The translations under genes and the position numbers were made by a program. The notes beneath the pieces were generated by a model. The model ran no database searches. It was given only the letters and a program-made list of their open reading frames with translations, and was not told the DNA's origin. This document shows positions 34,782-44,602 of a stretch of 64,000 bases of DNA, one piece after another. How positions within the stretch are numbered: the stretch's first letter is position 1; each line of letters begins with the position of its first letter. Origin of the DNA: Bacteroidota bacterium (GTDB lineage Bacteria > Bacteroidota > Bacteroidia > Bacteroidales > JAADGE01); contig JAJRUH010000046.1 in NCBI GenBank assembly GCA_024277895.1, positions 557 through 64,556 of the forward strand. The letters are read 5' to 3'.

Positions 34782-36503
34782 TCAATCTTTAAAAATAATT
34801 TCTTTAATCATTAATTGTAAACTTTTTTTTCCTCTGAATTCATTTTCGTTTATTGAATAACAAATATCAAATTTAGTTTTGGGTTCTGCCGATATTCTTT
34901 CATAATATTCAGGTTCAAATGAAAAACCGATTCCGGGCATTACAATTCCGTCTTCATCAATAACTTCTAATTTTAAATGTTCTTTATTTGAACCGACTCT
35001 TCGTGAATTCCCTGTATCCTGAACATTTCTTGTAATAAATACGGGCGACATATTTCCCGGACCAAAAGGTGCCATTTGCATCATAACACGAAAAAATTTT
35101 CCGTCAATATCGGAAAATTTTATTTCTGTATCAGCAGAAATAACAGGGATTAATTGCTCATCGGTAATTGTTTCGGACACATATTTTTCGAAACATTGCG
35201 AAAATGCCGGTACATTTTCCGTTTTTAAAGTTAAACCGGCAGCAAATTTATGTCCGCCGAAATTTTCCAGGAACTCGCTGCAGGCATCAATAGCCTCATA
35301 AATATTATAATCGGATACCGAGCGAGCAGAGCCTGTAGCCAATCCGCCGGATTCACCCAAAACAACAGTCGGTCTGTAATAAGTTTCCGTTAAGCGAGAT
35401 GCCACAATTCCCACAACACCTTTATGCCAGTCTTTATGAAAAACCACTGTTGATTTTCTGTTTCTTAAATCAATATCGTTTCCTATTGCTCGTAAGGCAT
35501 CATGCGTAATATTTCGATCTAATTCTTTTCGTTCTGTATTAAAAGCATCAATAGCTTGCGCAAATCCGTGAGCATCTTTTGTATTTTCAGAAATCAACAA
35601 TTCTACGGCAGACATTCCGGATTCAATTCTGCCGGCAGCATTAATTCTCGGACCGATTTTAAAAACACAGTCAGAAATTGATAATTGTTTATTTTTTACC
35701 CCGGCTATATTTTTTATTGTTTTAATACCGGTAACAGGGTTTTTATTTAATTTTTGCAATCCGTAAAATGCTAAAATCCTGTTTTCTCCGGTAACGGGAA
35801 CAATATCAGAAGCAATGCTGACTGCCGTTAAATCAATATATTGCCTTAATTCCTCGAACGGAATACTTTTTTTTTCGGCAAATCCCTGCATTAATTTAAA
35901 ACCGACTCCGCAACCGGAAAGATTTTTATCCGGATATTTGCAATCTGATCTTTTGGGGTCTAAAACAGCAACTGCATTCGGAATTTTGTTTCCGGGAGTA
36001 TGATGATCGCAAATTATAAAATCTATATTTCTTTGATTGGCATAATCAATTTTGTTAACTGCTTTTATACCGCAATCAAGTGCTATTACCAAAGAATAAT
36101 GATTTTTTTCGGCAAAGTCAATTCCGTCAAAAGAAATTCCGTAACCTTCGGTATATCTGTCGGGAATGTAATAAGCAATTTGTTTAAAATATTTTTTCAG
36201 AAAAGAATAAACCAATGCTACTGAGGTTGTTCCGTCCACATCATAATCGCCGTAAATAAGTATTTTCTCATTTTGCAACAGAGCTTTCTCAATACGAGCA
36301 ACTGCCTTATCCATATCTTGCATTAAGAACGGATTATACAAATTATCCAAAGAAGGTCTGAAAAATGTTTTTGCTTCTTCAAAAGTTGAAATACCTCTTT
36401 GAACCAATAAATTTGCCAAGACTTCACTTATTGTTAATTCGCTTTGAAGATGCTTAATAACACCGACATCTCCTTTGTCTTTTATGTGCACTTTTTTATT
36501 CAT
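34782..36503 (-). CDS. recJ: Single-stranded-DNA-specific exonuclease RecJ
   Basis: 573 aa. DHH motifs (YGDYDVDGTTS, ALDCG, CDHHTP) and DHHA1 GGHKFAAG. Confidence 0.9.
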   Translation of the reverse strand: MNKKVHIKDKGDVGVIKHLQSELTISEVLANLLVQRGISTFEEAKTFFRPSLDNLYNPFLMQDMDKAVARIEKALLQNEKILIYGDYDVDGTTSVALVYSFLKKYFKQIAYYIPDRYTEGYGISFDGIDFAEKNHYSLVIALDCGIKAVNKIDYANQRNIDFIICDHHTPGNKIPNAVAVLDPKRSDCKYPDKNLSGCGVGFKLMQGFAEKKSIPFEELRQYIDLTAVSIASDIVPVTGENRILAFYGLQKLNKNPVTGIKTIKNIAGVKNKQLSISDCVFKIGPRINAAGRIESGMSAVELLISENTKDAHGFAQAIDAFNTERKELDRNITHDALRAIGNDIDLRNRKSTVVFHKDWHKGVVGIVASRLTETYYRPTVVLGESGGLATGSARSVSDYNIYEAIDACSEFLENFGGHKFAAGLTLKTENVPAFSQCFEKYVSETITDEQLIPVISADTEIKFSDIDGKFFRVMMQMAPFGPGNMSPVFITRNVQDTGNSRRVGSNKEHLKLEVIDEDGIVMPGIGFSFEPEYYERISAEPKTKFDICYSINENEFRGKKSLQLMIKEIIFKD

Positions 36504-36522
36504 TCGACACTCTCAAATACGA

Positions 36523-38412
36523 TTATCTTAATTCATATTCATCAAATATATCCAGAGTTTCAGGATTTAAAACCTTTACAGAAACTTTTTTAGCGTTTAC
36601 ATAAATCAAAACCAAAGCATTTTGTGTTGTAAAACCGCTCACTGCATTTGTCCAGGGAACCGACTTATCCTGAGCATAATAAGGTGCACCGGCAGCACCG
36701 TTATTTATTTGCCAAATGGTTCTGTTACGTTTTAATTTATTAAGTTTCCAATCATCAGGATAAATATTTACATCGGGGCTCAACTTTAATTTATTATAAT
36801 TATGTTCGTCACCGGTTAATAATGAAATAACTTTTGTGCTTTTATTAATTAAAATATTCAAGTATTCATCGCGTCGTTCTATGATACCTTTATCAACAGG
36901 TTTTCCGGCAATATAAGGTCTGTATTTATTTTTTCCTTTATACCACATATCATCACCGGTATGTCCGCCGTCCGGAAAGGCAGGTGTATGTTGTGTAACA
37001 AAAATATGGTCAATATCTTTATCTTTTTCTAATTTTTCAATAGTTTTATCAAGCCATTCTAATTGATTGTCCATAATATAACCGTGTAAATTTCCGCTTG
37101 TTCCGGCATTATATTTCAGCGAAGGACAATACCAATAATTTGAGTTTAAAACAATTACAGCAATATTATCATAGGTATAATAAAAAACAGTTTCATCATA
37201 CGGAGGAAAATCGGTTTTATCCGGATTAGGGTCATATTTTGAACCGTCTTCACTTTTAAGACTGCTGTGCGGATTAACAAAGTTACTTGCAAAAACTGCC
37301 GATGAAGATTCTGTATTAAAAGGGAATCTTACAATTGAGCCTCTTCGTTTTCCTTTTTTATTCACAAACTGAAAACCCACAAATTCGTGATTTCCCTGAG
37401 CTGCCACAAAAGGAAAATAATGAGCAAAAGGTTCCGCAGAACGTTTCCAGTTAGCATATTGTAAATTAATTTTTTCTTTGTTTGAAACATACCCGTTTAC
37501 CAAATCACCGGTAAACTGAACAAATGCAACATCTTTGCAACTTGCAGCAGCAGCAATTTTTCGCATTTCATAAAAATTTACTCCGTAAACATTATGCTCT
37601 CCCCCGCCCTGTCCTTGTCTGGAATCACTGGCATAAGCAAACACAAAAGGTTTCCGTTCACCTTTTTTATGAGCTGTTTTAAAACTGTATTTTTGAGATA
37701 ATTTACCGTATTTTACTTCGTAAGAATATTCCGTATCGGATTTTAACCCGTCAATTTTTATTTCATGGTGAAACTTATCGGAATTATCGGTATATTTTTT
37801 TCCGTCAACAAAAATGTTTGCAGCGGCTTTTTTATTAAAATCAAAAGAAATAACAACACTTGTCGGAGTTAAAAGATTTACAAACGGACCTTCAGTTATA
37901 GTTTCAGCAATTTTAAATGTTTTATTCTCAAAATAAAATGAAATGATACCGTCATACAGTATATTCCCTTTATTATCAGTTACTCTGTATGACAAAGTCC
38001 CTTTTCCGCTTTTTTCCCAATTACTCATATCATACCTGCCGGATAAGTTCTTTTTTATATTTATTGTTGCTTTTCCGTTTTTAATTTCCGATGTTTTCTT
38101 AAACCAAACAGGTAAGGGATTTTTTGCATCTTTATAGTTAATTAATCCGTAAATTACTTTGCCCGATAAATCATTTATTCCGAAATCAAAACTAATACCG
38201 TCAGCATAAGCTTGAGGATTTCCTTTCATTTGGCTTAAAGTATAAATTTTTTCTTTTTCTGCGACATAAAATTTCTTTCCTAAAAAAGTATAATATAAAT
38301 TTCCGTCGTTATCTGTCTGAATATTCGAGTATACCTGAGGTACGACAAGTTGAGCATAAAAAATATGCCCGAAAAACAACATAATTATTATCAATAAATT
38401 CCTTTTCATCAT
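36523..38412 (-). CDS. Secreted metallophosphoesterase (purple-acid-phosphatase-like)
   Basis: 629 aa with a signal peptide. Motifs FTGDLVNG, QGNHEF, VTQHTP and LTGDEHNY. Confidence 0.7.
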   Translation of the reverse strand: MMKRNLLIIIMLFFGHIFYAQLVVPQVYSNIQTDNDGNLYYTFLGKKFYVAEKEKIYTLSQMKGNPQAYADGISFDFGINDLSGKVIYGLINYKDAKNPLPVWFKKTSEIKNGKATINIKKNLSGRYDMSNWEKSGKGTLSYRVTDNKGNILYDGIISFYFENKTFKIAETITEGPFVNLLTPTSVVISFDFNKKAAANIFVDGKKYTDNSDKFHHEIKIDGLKSDTEYSYEVKYGKLSQKYSFKTAHKKGERKPFVFAYASDSRQGQGGGEHNVYGVNFYEMRKIAAAASCKDVAFVQFTGDLVNGYVSNKEKINLQYANWKRSAEPFAHYFPFVAAQGNHEFVGFQFVNKKGKRRGSIVRFPFNTESSSAVFASNFVNPHSSLKSEDGSKYDPNPDKTDFPPYDETVFYYTYDNIAVIVLNSNYWYCPSLKYNAGTSGNLHGYIMDNQLEWLDKTIEKLEKDKDIDHIFVTQHTPAFPDGGHTGDDMWYKGKNKYRPYIAGKPVDKGIIERRDEYLNILINKSTKVISLLTGDEHNYNKLKLSPDVNIYPDDWKLNKLKRNRTIWQINNGAAGAPYYAQDKSVPWTNAVSGFTTQNALVLIYVNAKKVSVKVLNPETLDIFDEYELR

Positions 38413-38848
38413 TCTGAATTTTAAAATATATAATTTGTAAAGATAAGAATTAAGATAAAAGATTGTTATTTTTAAAGATGAAATTTCCGAATAATGATAT
38501 TGAAAAATAACAACCGAGAATCCTTAAAAAATATTTTATTTACTTTAAACATTTTACCGGATAAGGCAATTTGTAAAAATTCTGATGTTGAATTAAATCT
38601 GAAAAGTTAAAAAGCCGAAAGAATAAAGATTTGATGTTGTTTAAAATATTATATGTCAACTTATTACATTTTATTAATTTAACTGTACTTTCAAAAAATA
38701 ACATCTTCAGAGCAGACTCAATTTCAAATTATTTCCTTCTGCATTTCAATATTTTTTTAAAAAATGAATTATCATTATTTGCCGTAAGTACACAATATTT
38801 TTTAAAAATGCGTTTAAAAATATAACTTTACCGGATAAAAAAAATACT

Positions 38849-41467
38849 TTGAAAAAACTAATCCTGATAATTACCGGTTTTATGTTTGTTACAATTCTGT
38901 TTTTTTCCTGCTCTACAGAAAAAAATACGGCATTAAGCAGATTTTATCATAATACGACTGCATATTTTAATATTTATTTCAACGGAAACGAAAGTTTTAA
39001 AAACGGAATTAAAACAGTTGAAAATACTTCGGAAGATTATACACAACTTCTGCCTGTTTATAAAGCTGAAAGAAAAGACATCCAAAGTGCTGTTTCTTCA
39101 GATATGGATAAAGCCATAAAAAAAGCCGTTAAAATGATAAAAATGCATTCCATAACGGCAAAACCAAAACGCAAAGAACCAAAAAAAGGAAAAAGAGCAT
39201 ACGGATTAACCGCTAAAGAAAAAGCATTTTATGCAAAAACCGAATATAATAAATATGTTGACGATGCCTATCTTTTAATAGGAAAAGCACATTATTACAA
39301 AGGAGATTATATCGGCGGATTAAAATCGTTACACCTGATAATCAATAAATTCAGAAATGAAGAAATAAAATTTGATGCACTTTATTGGATTGCAAGAATA
39401 AAAAGTGCCGACGGTAATTATTCCGAAGCCGTAAATTATTTACAATTAATATCTGACGATGCCAAACATCCTGCAAGATTAAACCTCGCAATTGATAAAT
39501 GCTATGCAAATATTTACGTAAAACAAAAAAAATACCCCGAAGCTATTGAAAAACTTGATTTTATTATTTCCAAAACAAAAAACAAAAAAGATAAAGCACG
39601 TTTAAAATACATTACGGCACAACTAAACCAAAAGATTAATAACGGCGATAAAGCCATAAAACTTTTTTCGGAAGTCGTAAAAATGAATCCTCCGTATGAA
39701 ATGGCTTTTAATGCTAAAATTAATATGGCTAAAGCATTTTTAAACAGTTCCGAAGGTTCTGCAAAAATCAGAAAGATTTTAAATAAAATGCTGAATGACG
39801 ATAAAAATATTGATTTTCAAGATCAAATTTATTATGTTCTTGCCGGAATTGAACAAAAAGAAAACAAAGAACAATCTGCAATTCAATATTATAAAATGTC
39901 TGTTAAAAAAAGCATTTCTAATGATAACCAAAAAGCACTTTCGTATTTAGCTTTGGCAGAAATTTATTTTAAAAACAGAAAATATCTTCCTGCAGGTAAT
40001 TATTTCGACAGTACAATGACTGTTTTAAAAAAAAATTATCCGGACTATGCCGTTATTTCCAAAAAAGCAAGAAATATTAAAGAGTTGACTGATAATTTAA
40101 AACTTATTTCCTATGAAGACAGTGTTCAACGTGTTGCGACAATGGATCCCTCAAAGCGCATTGCTTATATTGAGTCTATTATTGCCAAATTAAAATCCGA
40201 TGAACTTGCCGAAAAAAATGCCGGCATGTCAAGATATAGAAATAGTGAATTTATTCAGGGTGATTATTCTCAAAATCTTTCAGCAGGAAAATGGTATTTT
40301 TACAATCCGCAAGCCATAAGTATCGGAAAATCAGAATTTTTAAAGATCTGGGGAAAAAGAAAACTTGAAGACCACTGGCGAAGAAAAAATAAACAAGTCA
40401 TTATTTCGGAAAACGAAGAAGAGGAAACATCAAAAGAAGATTCCGGAAGAGTTACCGATAACAAAAAAATTGAATATTATCTTCAGGATTTACCTTTAAC
40501 GGATTCATTAATAAAAATTTCAAACCAACGAATTGCAAAAGCATACTATAATGCAGGAATTGTTTATGAACGTAAAATGAATGACTATCCGGAAGCAAAA
40601 AAATCTTATCAAACTTTAATCAAACGTTTCCCGAAAAATGAATTAACATTAGAAGCATATTTTAATCTTTACTTACTGAATTACAAAATATTAAATAACA
40701 AATCACAAGCAGAAAAATATCGAATTATTATTTTAAAAAAATATCCTTACAGCAAATATGCACAAATACTTTCCGATCCTAATTATCTTGTAAAACTTAA
40801 ACAAAACAAAAAAACTATTGATAATTTGTATGAAGAAGCCTATACTGCCTATAAAAAAGAAAAATACAACGATGTTATAAGTAAAACAAAAGAGGCTTTC
40901 AAAATATCAAAAGAAAATTATTTAGCACCAAAATTTTTATTTCTTGAAGGAATGGCAGAAGGAAGTATGGGAAAGCAAAATGAAATGAAAAGTTTACTGG
41001 AAGAACTGTTAAAGAAATATCCGAAAGATGAAATCAGTCCGAGAGCTCAAAATGTTGTAAATCTTCTGAACAGCGGAAAATATGACCCTAATTATTATAC
41101 CGACAAACCGGATTCGGCATACTTTTATATTATAATCACTGCAAAAAACGATTCAACAAAAAATATTATTAAATATCTGTTAACAACTTATAATGCCCGA
41201 ACATTTCCGAAAGAAAAAATGGAAACAGAAATTATTAATCTAAATGATAATCAATCCGTTATTGCAGTAAAAACTTTTGCTGATTATAAAAGTTCATTAT
41301 CTTATATGAACAAAATATCAAACTCGGGTAAATTATCAAGAGTTCCTGCAAGCAATTATATTCCGCTTATTATTTCATCGCAAAACTTTAAAAAACTAAA
41401 AAAACTTCCTATCACTAAAAAATACATAAAATTTTATAATAACAACTATTCTGAAAATTATAATTAA
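38849..41467 (+). CDS. TPR-repeat lipoprotein, probable T9SS component PorW/SprE
   Basis: 872 aa with a TTG start. Lipobox LFFSC followed by STEKNTALSRFYHNTTAYFNIYFNGNESF, which matches my memory of the SprE/PorW N-terminal signature. Many TPR-like repeats. Confidence 0.55.
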   Translation: MKKLILIITGFMFVTILFFSCSTEKNTALSRFYHNTTAYFNIYFNGNESFKNGIKTVENTSEDYTQLLPVYKAERKDIQSAVSSDMDKAIKKAVKMIKMHSITAKPKRKEPKKGKRAYGLTAKEKAFYAKTEYNKYVDDAYLLIGKAHYYKGDYIGGLKSLHLIINKFRNEEIKFDALYWIARIKSADGNYSEAVNYLQLISDDAKHPARLNLAIDKCYANIYVKQKKYPEAIEKLDFIISKTKNKKDKARLKYITAQLNQKINNGDKAIKLFSEVVKMNPPYEMAFNAKINMAKAFLNSSEGSAKIRKILNKMLNDDKNIDFQDQIYYVLAGIEQKENKEQSAIQYYKMSVKKSISNDNQKALSYLALAEIYFKNRKYLPAGNYFDSTMTVLKKNYPDYAVISKKARNIKELTDNLKLISYEDSVQRVATMDPSKRIAYIESIIAKLKSDELAEKNAGMSRYRNSEFIQGDYSQNLSAGKWYFYNPQAISIGKSEFLKIWGKRKLEDHWRRKNKQVIISENEEEETSKEDSGRVTDNKKIEYYLQDLPLTDSLIKISNQRIAKAYYNAGIVYERKMNDYPEAKKSYQTLIKRFPKNELTLEAYFNLYLLNYKILNNKSQAEKYRIIILKKYPYSKYAQILSDPNYLVKLKQNKKTIDNLYEEAYTAYKKEKYNDVISKTKEAFKISKENYLAPKFLFLEGMAEGSMGKQNEMKSLLEELLKKYPKDEISPRAQNVVNLLNSGKYDPNYYTDKPDSAYFYIIITAKNDSTKNIIKYLLTTYNARTFPKEKMETEIINLNDNQSVIAVKTFADYKSSLSYMNKISNSGKLSRVPASNYIPLIISSQNFKKLKKLPITKKYIKFYNNNYSENYN

Positions 41468-42153
41468 TGATTCTCATCGCCGTCGCCCTTGCACCTGTAA
41501 TTGTTCTTTTGATGTATATTAATTTCAGAGACAAGTATGAAAAAGAACCGCGTAAATTATTATCAAAAGCATTTATTTTCGGTATTATCTCGGTAATTCC
41601 TGTTTATTTTATCGAAACCGGATTAACAAACTATTGGCATACAAAATACGCTTTACCGGAAATACCTTTAAAAACAGCTGCTTTCGATGCTTTTGCCGTT
41701 GCCGCCTTTACGGAAGAATTTTTTAAAATTCTTATTTTCTTCATTTTTATTTGGAAAAACAAAAATTTTAATGAAAAATTTGACGGTATTGTTTATGCCG
41801 TATTTATTTCAATGGGATTTGCCGCAGCCGAAAATCTTATGTATGTTCTCGGAAACGGTTTCGGAACCGGTATAATAAGAGCTTTTACGGCAGTTCCGGC
41901 TCACGCAATTTTTGCCGTTTCCTCCGGATATTTTTTAGCTTTCGCAAAATTTAAACCAAAAGGAAAAATTATATATCTAATTCTTGCTCTTGCAGTTCCT
42001 GTTTTACTTCACGGAATTTACGACTTTATTCTATTATCAAAAAACGATTTATTGCTGTTATTTTTTGTACCTTATGTAATATTTATTTTAATTTCTGCAT
42101 TAAAAGGTATGAAAAGACATTCAAATGCATCGCAATTCAGAAAGAAAAATTAA
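41467..42153 (+). CDS. PrsW-family intramembrane metalloprotease
   Basis: 228 aa with about 7 TM segments. Motifs FTEEFFK and AVPAHAIF plus a later HGIYD. ATG overlaps the upstream TAA (TAATG). Confidence 0.65.
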   Translation: MILIAVALAPVIVLLMYINFRDKYEKEPRKLLSKAFIFGIISVIPVYFIETGLTNYWHTKYALPEIPLKTAAFDAFAVAAFTEEFFKILIFFIFIWKNKNFNEKFDGIVYAVFISMGFAAAENLMYVLGNGFGTGIIRAFTAVPAHAIFAVSSGYFLAFAKFKPKGKIIYLILALAVPVLLHGIYDFILLSKNDLLLLFFVPYVIFILISALKGMKRHSNASQFRKKN

Positions 42154-43040
42154 AGTCCCCTCTCCCGTTCTTCACGTAAATTTGCAAATTGAGGATTGCA
42201 TAATACATCGTTAATTTTTTGCAAAAGAGAATCTTTATCTTTTGACAAAATACCCTTTAAAACAAGATAATTTGAAGCGTGATCGCTTCTGAAAACCGTT
42301 TGTTTCAATTCTGTATTTTCAAGAAAAATTCTCATTTCTTCAATTAATTCTAATTTATTTAAAGCCGTAAATTTCTTTTTGTAACGATTTTTAAAATGCT
42401 GTTCTCCGTAAGGAAAACTTAAAACCAAAGATGAAGCATATTCAGCTTGAATTTCATTTAAAATTTTTGCGGAATTTACGGCGTGTTGCCGGCTCAATTC
42501 TTTACCGCCCAAACCGTTTAAAATCATAACCGACAGTTTTATTCCGGCTTCTTTTGCTTTCAGCAAACCTTGAACGGCTGTTTTATATGTTTCGCCTTTA
42601 TTTACGTTTTTCAAAACCTCATCATCTCCGGATTCTATGCCTACATAAGCCAAGTCTAAACCCGCCAATTTTAGTTCTTTTAATTCGGAAATTGATTTTT
42701 TTGCAAAATCGGAAGGACGTGCATATATTGAAATTCGTCTTATTCTATGTAATTTTTCGTTTATTTCATTAATAATTTGCAATAATTTGTCTGAAGACAA
42801 AACCATTGCATCGCCGTCTGCCAAAAAAACTTTATTAAACTTAAATCCCGAATTTGCAACTTGTTCAATTTCTTGTTTAACCATCTCAAACGGTTTAACT
42901 CTGAAAGATTTTGAGGAATACATTTCACAAAAAGCACATTTATTCCAAGAACAACCGTATGTAACTTGTAAGATTAAAGAACGTGCCTCGGAAGGCGGTC
43001 GGAATAAGGGTTGCTCGTATTGAAGAGGAAAATAATACAT
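42150..43040 (-). CDS. Radical SAM protein (Elp3-like core, CX4CX2C cluster motif)
   Basis: 296 aa. GCSWNKCAFCEMY near the N-terminus. Later GIESGDDEVL and a TIM-barrel-like pattern. Confidence 0.7.
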   Translation of the reverse strand: MYYFPLQYEQPLFRPPSEARSLILQVTYGCSWNKCAFCEMYSSKSFRVKPFEMVKQEIEQVANSGFKFNKVFLADGDAMVLSSDKLLQIINEINEKLHRIRRISIYARPSDFAKKSISELKELKLAGLDLAYVGIESGDDEVLKNVNKGETYKTAVQGLLKAKEAGIKLSVMILNGLGGKELSRQHAVNSAKILNEIQAEYASSLVLSFPYGEQHFKNRYKKKFTALNKLELIEEMRIFLENTELKQTVFRSDHASNYLVLKGILSKDKDSLLQKINDVLCNPQFANLREERERGL

Positions 43041-43159
43041 TGCTGATTTTTGATATTTCTATGAAAACCAAATTTAAATAAAAAAAAGACCGGACAAAAT
43101 CTTTTCAAAATATAAAAACAAAATAATTAAATAGTTTTGATTATATTCAAAACTTTTAC

Positions 43160-43167
43160 TATATTTG
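43160..43167 (+). promoter_or_regulatory. Bacteroidota -7 box TATATTTG
   Basis: Exact match 33 nt upstream of ATG 43201. Confidence 0.4.
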
Positions 43168-43200
43168 TGTTATATTTCATTATAATCAAATCTATTTAAA

Positions 43201-44406
43201 ATGCAAAATATTCAACGTCCGATATATTTACAAAAAATAAAACCTTATATCCGTAAAAATTTAATTAAAGTTATTGTCGGGCAACGAAGAGTAGGTAAAA
43301 GCTTCTTTTTAAAACAAATAAGCAATTTATTTGAAAAAGATTATCCGGATACACCGAAAATATTCATTAATAAAGAAGATTTGGAATTTGATGCAATTCG
43401 TAATTATTCCGATTTGGTTTCTTATGCAGAATCGAGACGTAAAAATAACGGCTTACATGCTATTTTTATTGATGAAATTCAAGATATTGAGCAATTTGAA
43501 AAAGCACTTCGTCATTTTCAAACCAAAGGAAACTGGGATATTTATTGTACCGGCAGTAATGCATATTTACTATCGGGTGAATTGGCAACATATCTGAGCG
43601 GACGATACATTGAAATACAAATGTACAGCTTATCATACAACGAATTTTTAACTTTTCACAAATTAGAAAATAAAGCTCAAAGTTTTAACACTTATATAAA
43701 ATTCGGAGGGTTGCCTTATTTAATTCATTTGCAACTTGAAGAACTGATTGTTTATGATTATCTTAAAAATATATTTCGCAGTATTTTATTTAAAGATATC
43801 ATCGGAAGACATAACATCAGAAATGCAGCATTTGTTGAGCGTCTTTGTATGTACATAGCAGATAATATAGGGCAACTTGTGTCTGCAAAAAAAATAACTG
43901 ATTATTTAAAATCGCAACGGATATCATTCTCGAATAATATTGTGCTTGACTATTTATCTTATTTGCAAAATGCTTTTTTAATATTTGCATTAAAACGAAA
44001 TGATTTAAAAGGAAAACGCATTCTTGAAATCGGAGAGAAAATTTATTTTCACGATTTAGGTCTTCGTAATGCCTTAAACGGTTATAAACAAAACGACATA
44101 AGTCAAATGCTTGAAAACATTGTATTATTACATTTACTGATTTACAATTACGAGGTAACAATCGGTAAATTAGGAGATAAAGAAATTGATTTTGTTTGTG
44201 ACAAAAACAATAAACGAATATACATACAAGTAACGCTTTCGCTTGCCGATAAAAATGTACGGGAACGAGAAATAGGAAACCTTTTGTTGATAAATGATAA
44301 TTTCAGAAAAATTGTTGTTACGGCAGATGAACTTTCAGAACCGGAAACCAAAGGTATCGAGATTTGGAATATTCGCAAATTTTTAAGTACATTTTTTCAA
44401 TCGTAA
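43201..44406 (+). CDS. AAA-family ATPase with DUF4143-type C-terminal domain
   Basis: 401 aa. Walker A-like GQRRVGKS, Walker B IFIDEIQ. Architecture typical of the AAA_14 + DUF4143 proteins. Confidence 0.7.
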   Translation: MQNIQRPIYLQKIKPYIRKNLIKVIVGQRRVGKSFFLKQISNLFEKDYPDTPKIFINKEDLEFDAIRNYSDLVSYAESRRKNNGLHAIFIDEIQDIEQFEKALRHFQTKGNWDIYCTGSNAYLLSGELATYLSGRYIEIQMYSLSYNEFLTFHKLENKAQSFNTYIKFGGLPYLIHLQLEELIVYDYLKNIFRSILFKDIIGRHNIRNAAFVERLCMYIADNIGQLVSAKKITDYLKSQRISFSNNIVLDYLSYLQNAFLIFALKRNDLKGKRILEIGEKIYFHDLGLRNALNGYKQNDISQMLENIVLLHLLIYNYEVTIGKLGDKEIDFVCDKNNKRIYIQVTLSLADKNVREREIGNLLLINDNFRKIVVTADELSEPETKGIEIWNIRKFLSTFFQS

Positions 44407-44430
44407 ACATCTTAAACTTAAATCCTGAAC

Positions 44431-44505
44431 TTATAAGATTAAAAAATGCACATCAAAAGGCGGTCGAAATAAGGGTTGTTCATATTGAAGAGGGAAGTTA
44501 AACAT
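44431..44505 (-). pseudogene. Relic duplicate of the first 24 codons of the radical SAM gene
   Basis: Minus strand reads MFNFPLQYEQPLFRPPFDVHFLIL*, versus MYYFPLQYEQPLFRPPSEARSLIL... for 42150..43040. Nucleotide match is 62/77 by hand alignment of 44430-44506 against 42965-43041. Confidence 0.7.
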
Positions 44506-44564
44506 TCAGTTATATTTGACAAAATATTACTCTTTTCTCATATATTTTCATCAAATATAAGCAA

Positions 44565-44596
44565 TAAAAAAACTCCCGACAAGTTTTGTCGAGAGT
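44565..44596 (-). terminator. Rho-independent terminator of tRNA-His
   Basis: 11-position stem ACTCCCGACAA/TTGTCGAGAGT with one mismatch. On the minus strand it is followed by a T-run. Confidence 0.65.
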
Positions 44597-44602
44597 TTTA
44601 AG

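Noticed and set aside
34537-34860. 107-aa plus-strand ORF spanning the end of recJ and the start of the flippase-like gene
   Set aside because: It is antisense to two well-supported genes and the intergenic spacer. The translation is a low-complexity Lys/Ile/Asn-rich sequence.
38631-38825. 64-aa ORF in the 435-bp region upstream of the PorW-like gene
   Set aside because: It has a TTG-type start, extreme AT-richness, and no hydrophobic or motif pattern. It is probably promoter or leader DNA. A short TTTACCGGATAA direct repeat (38562 and 38827) was noted but is too short to interpret.
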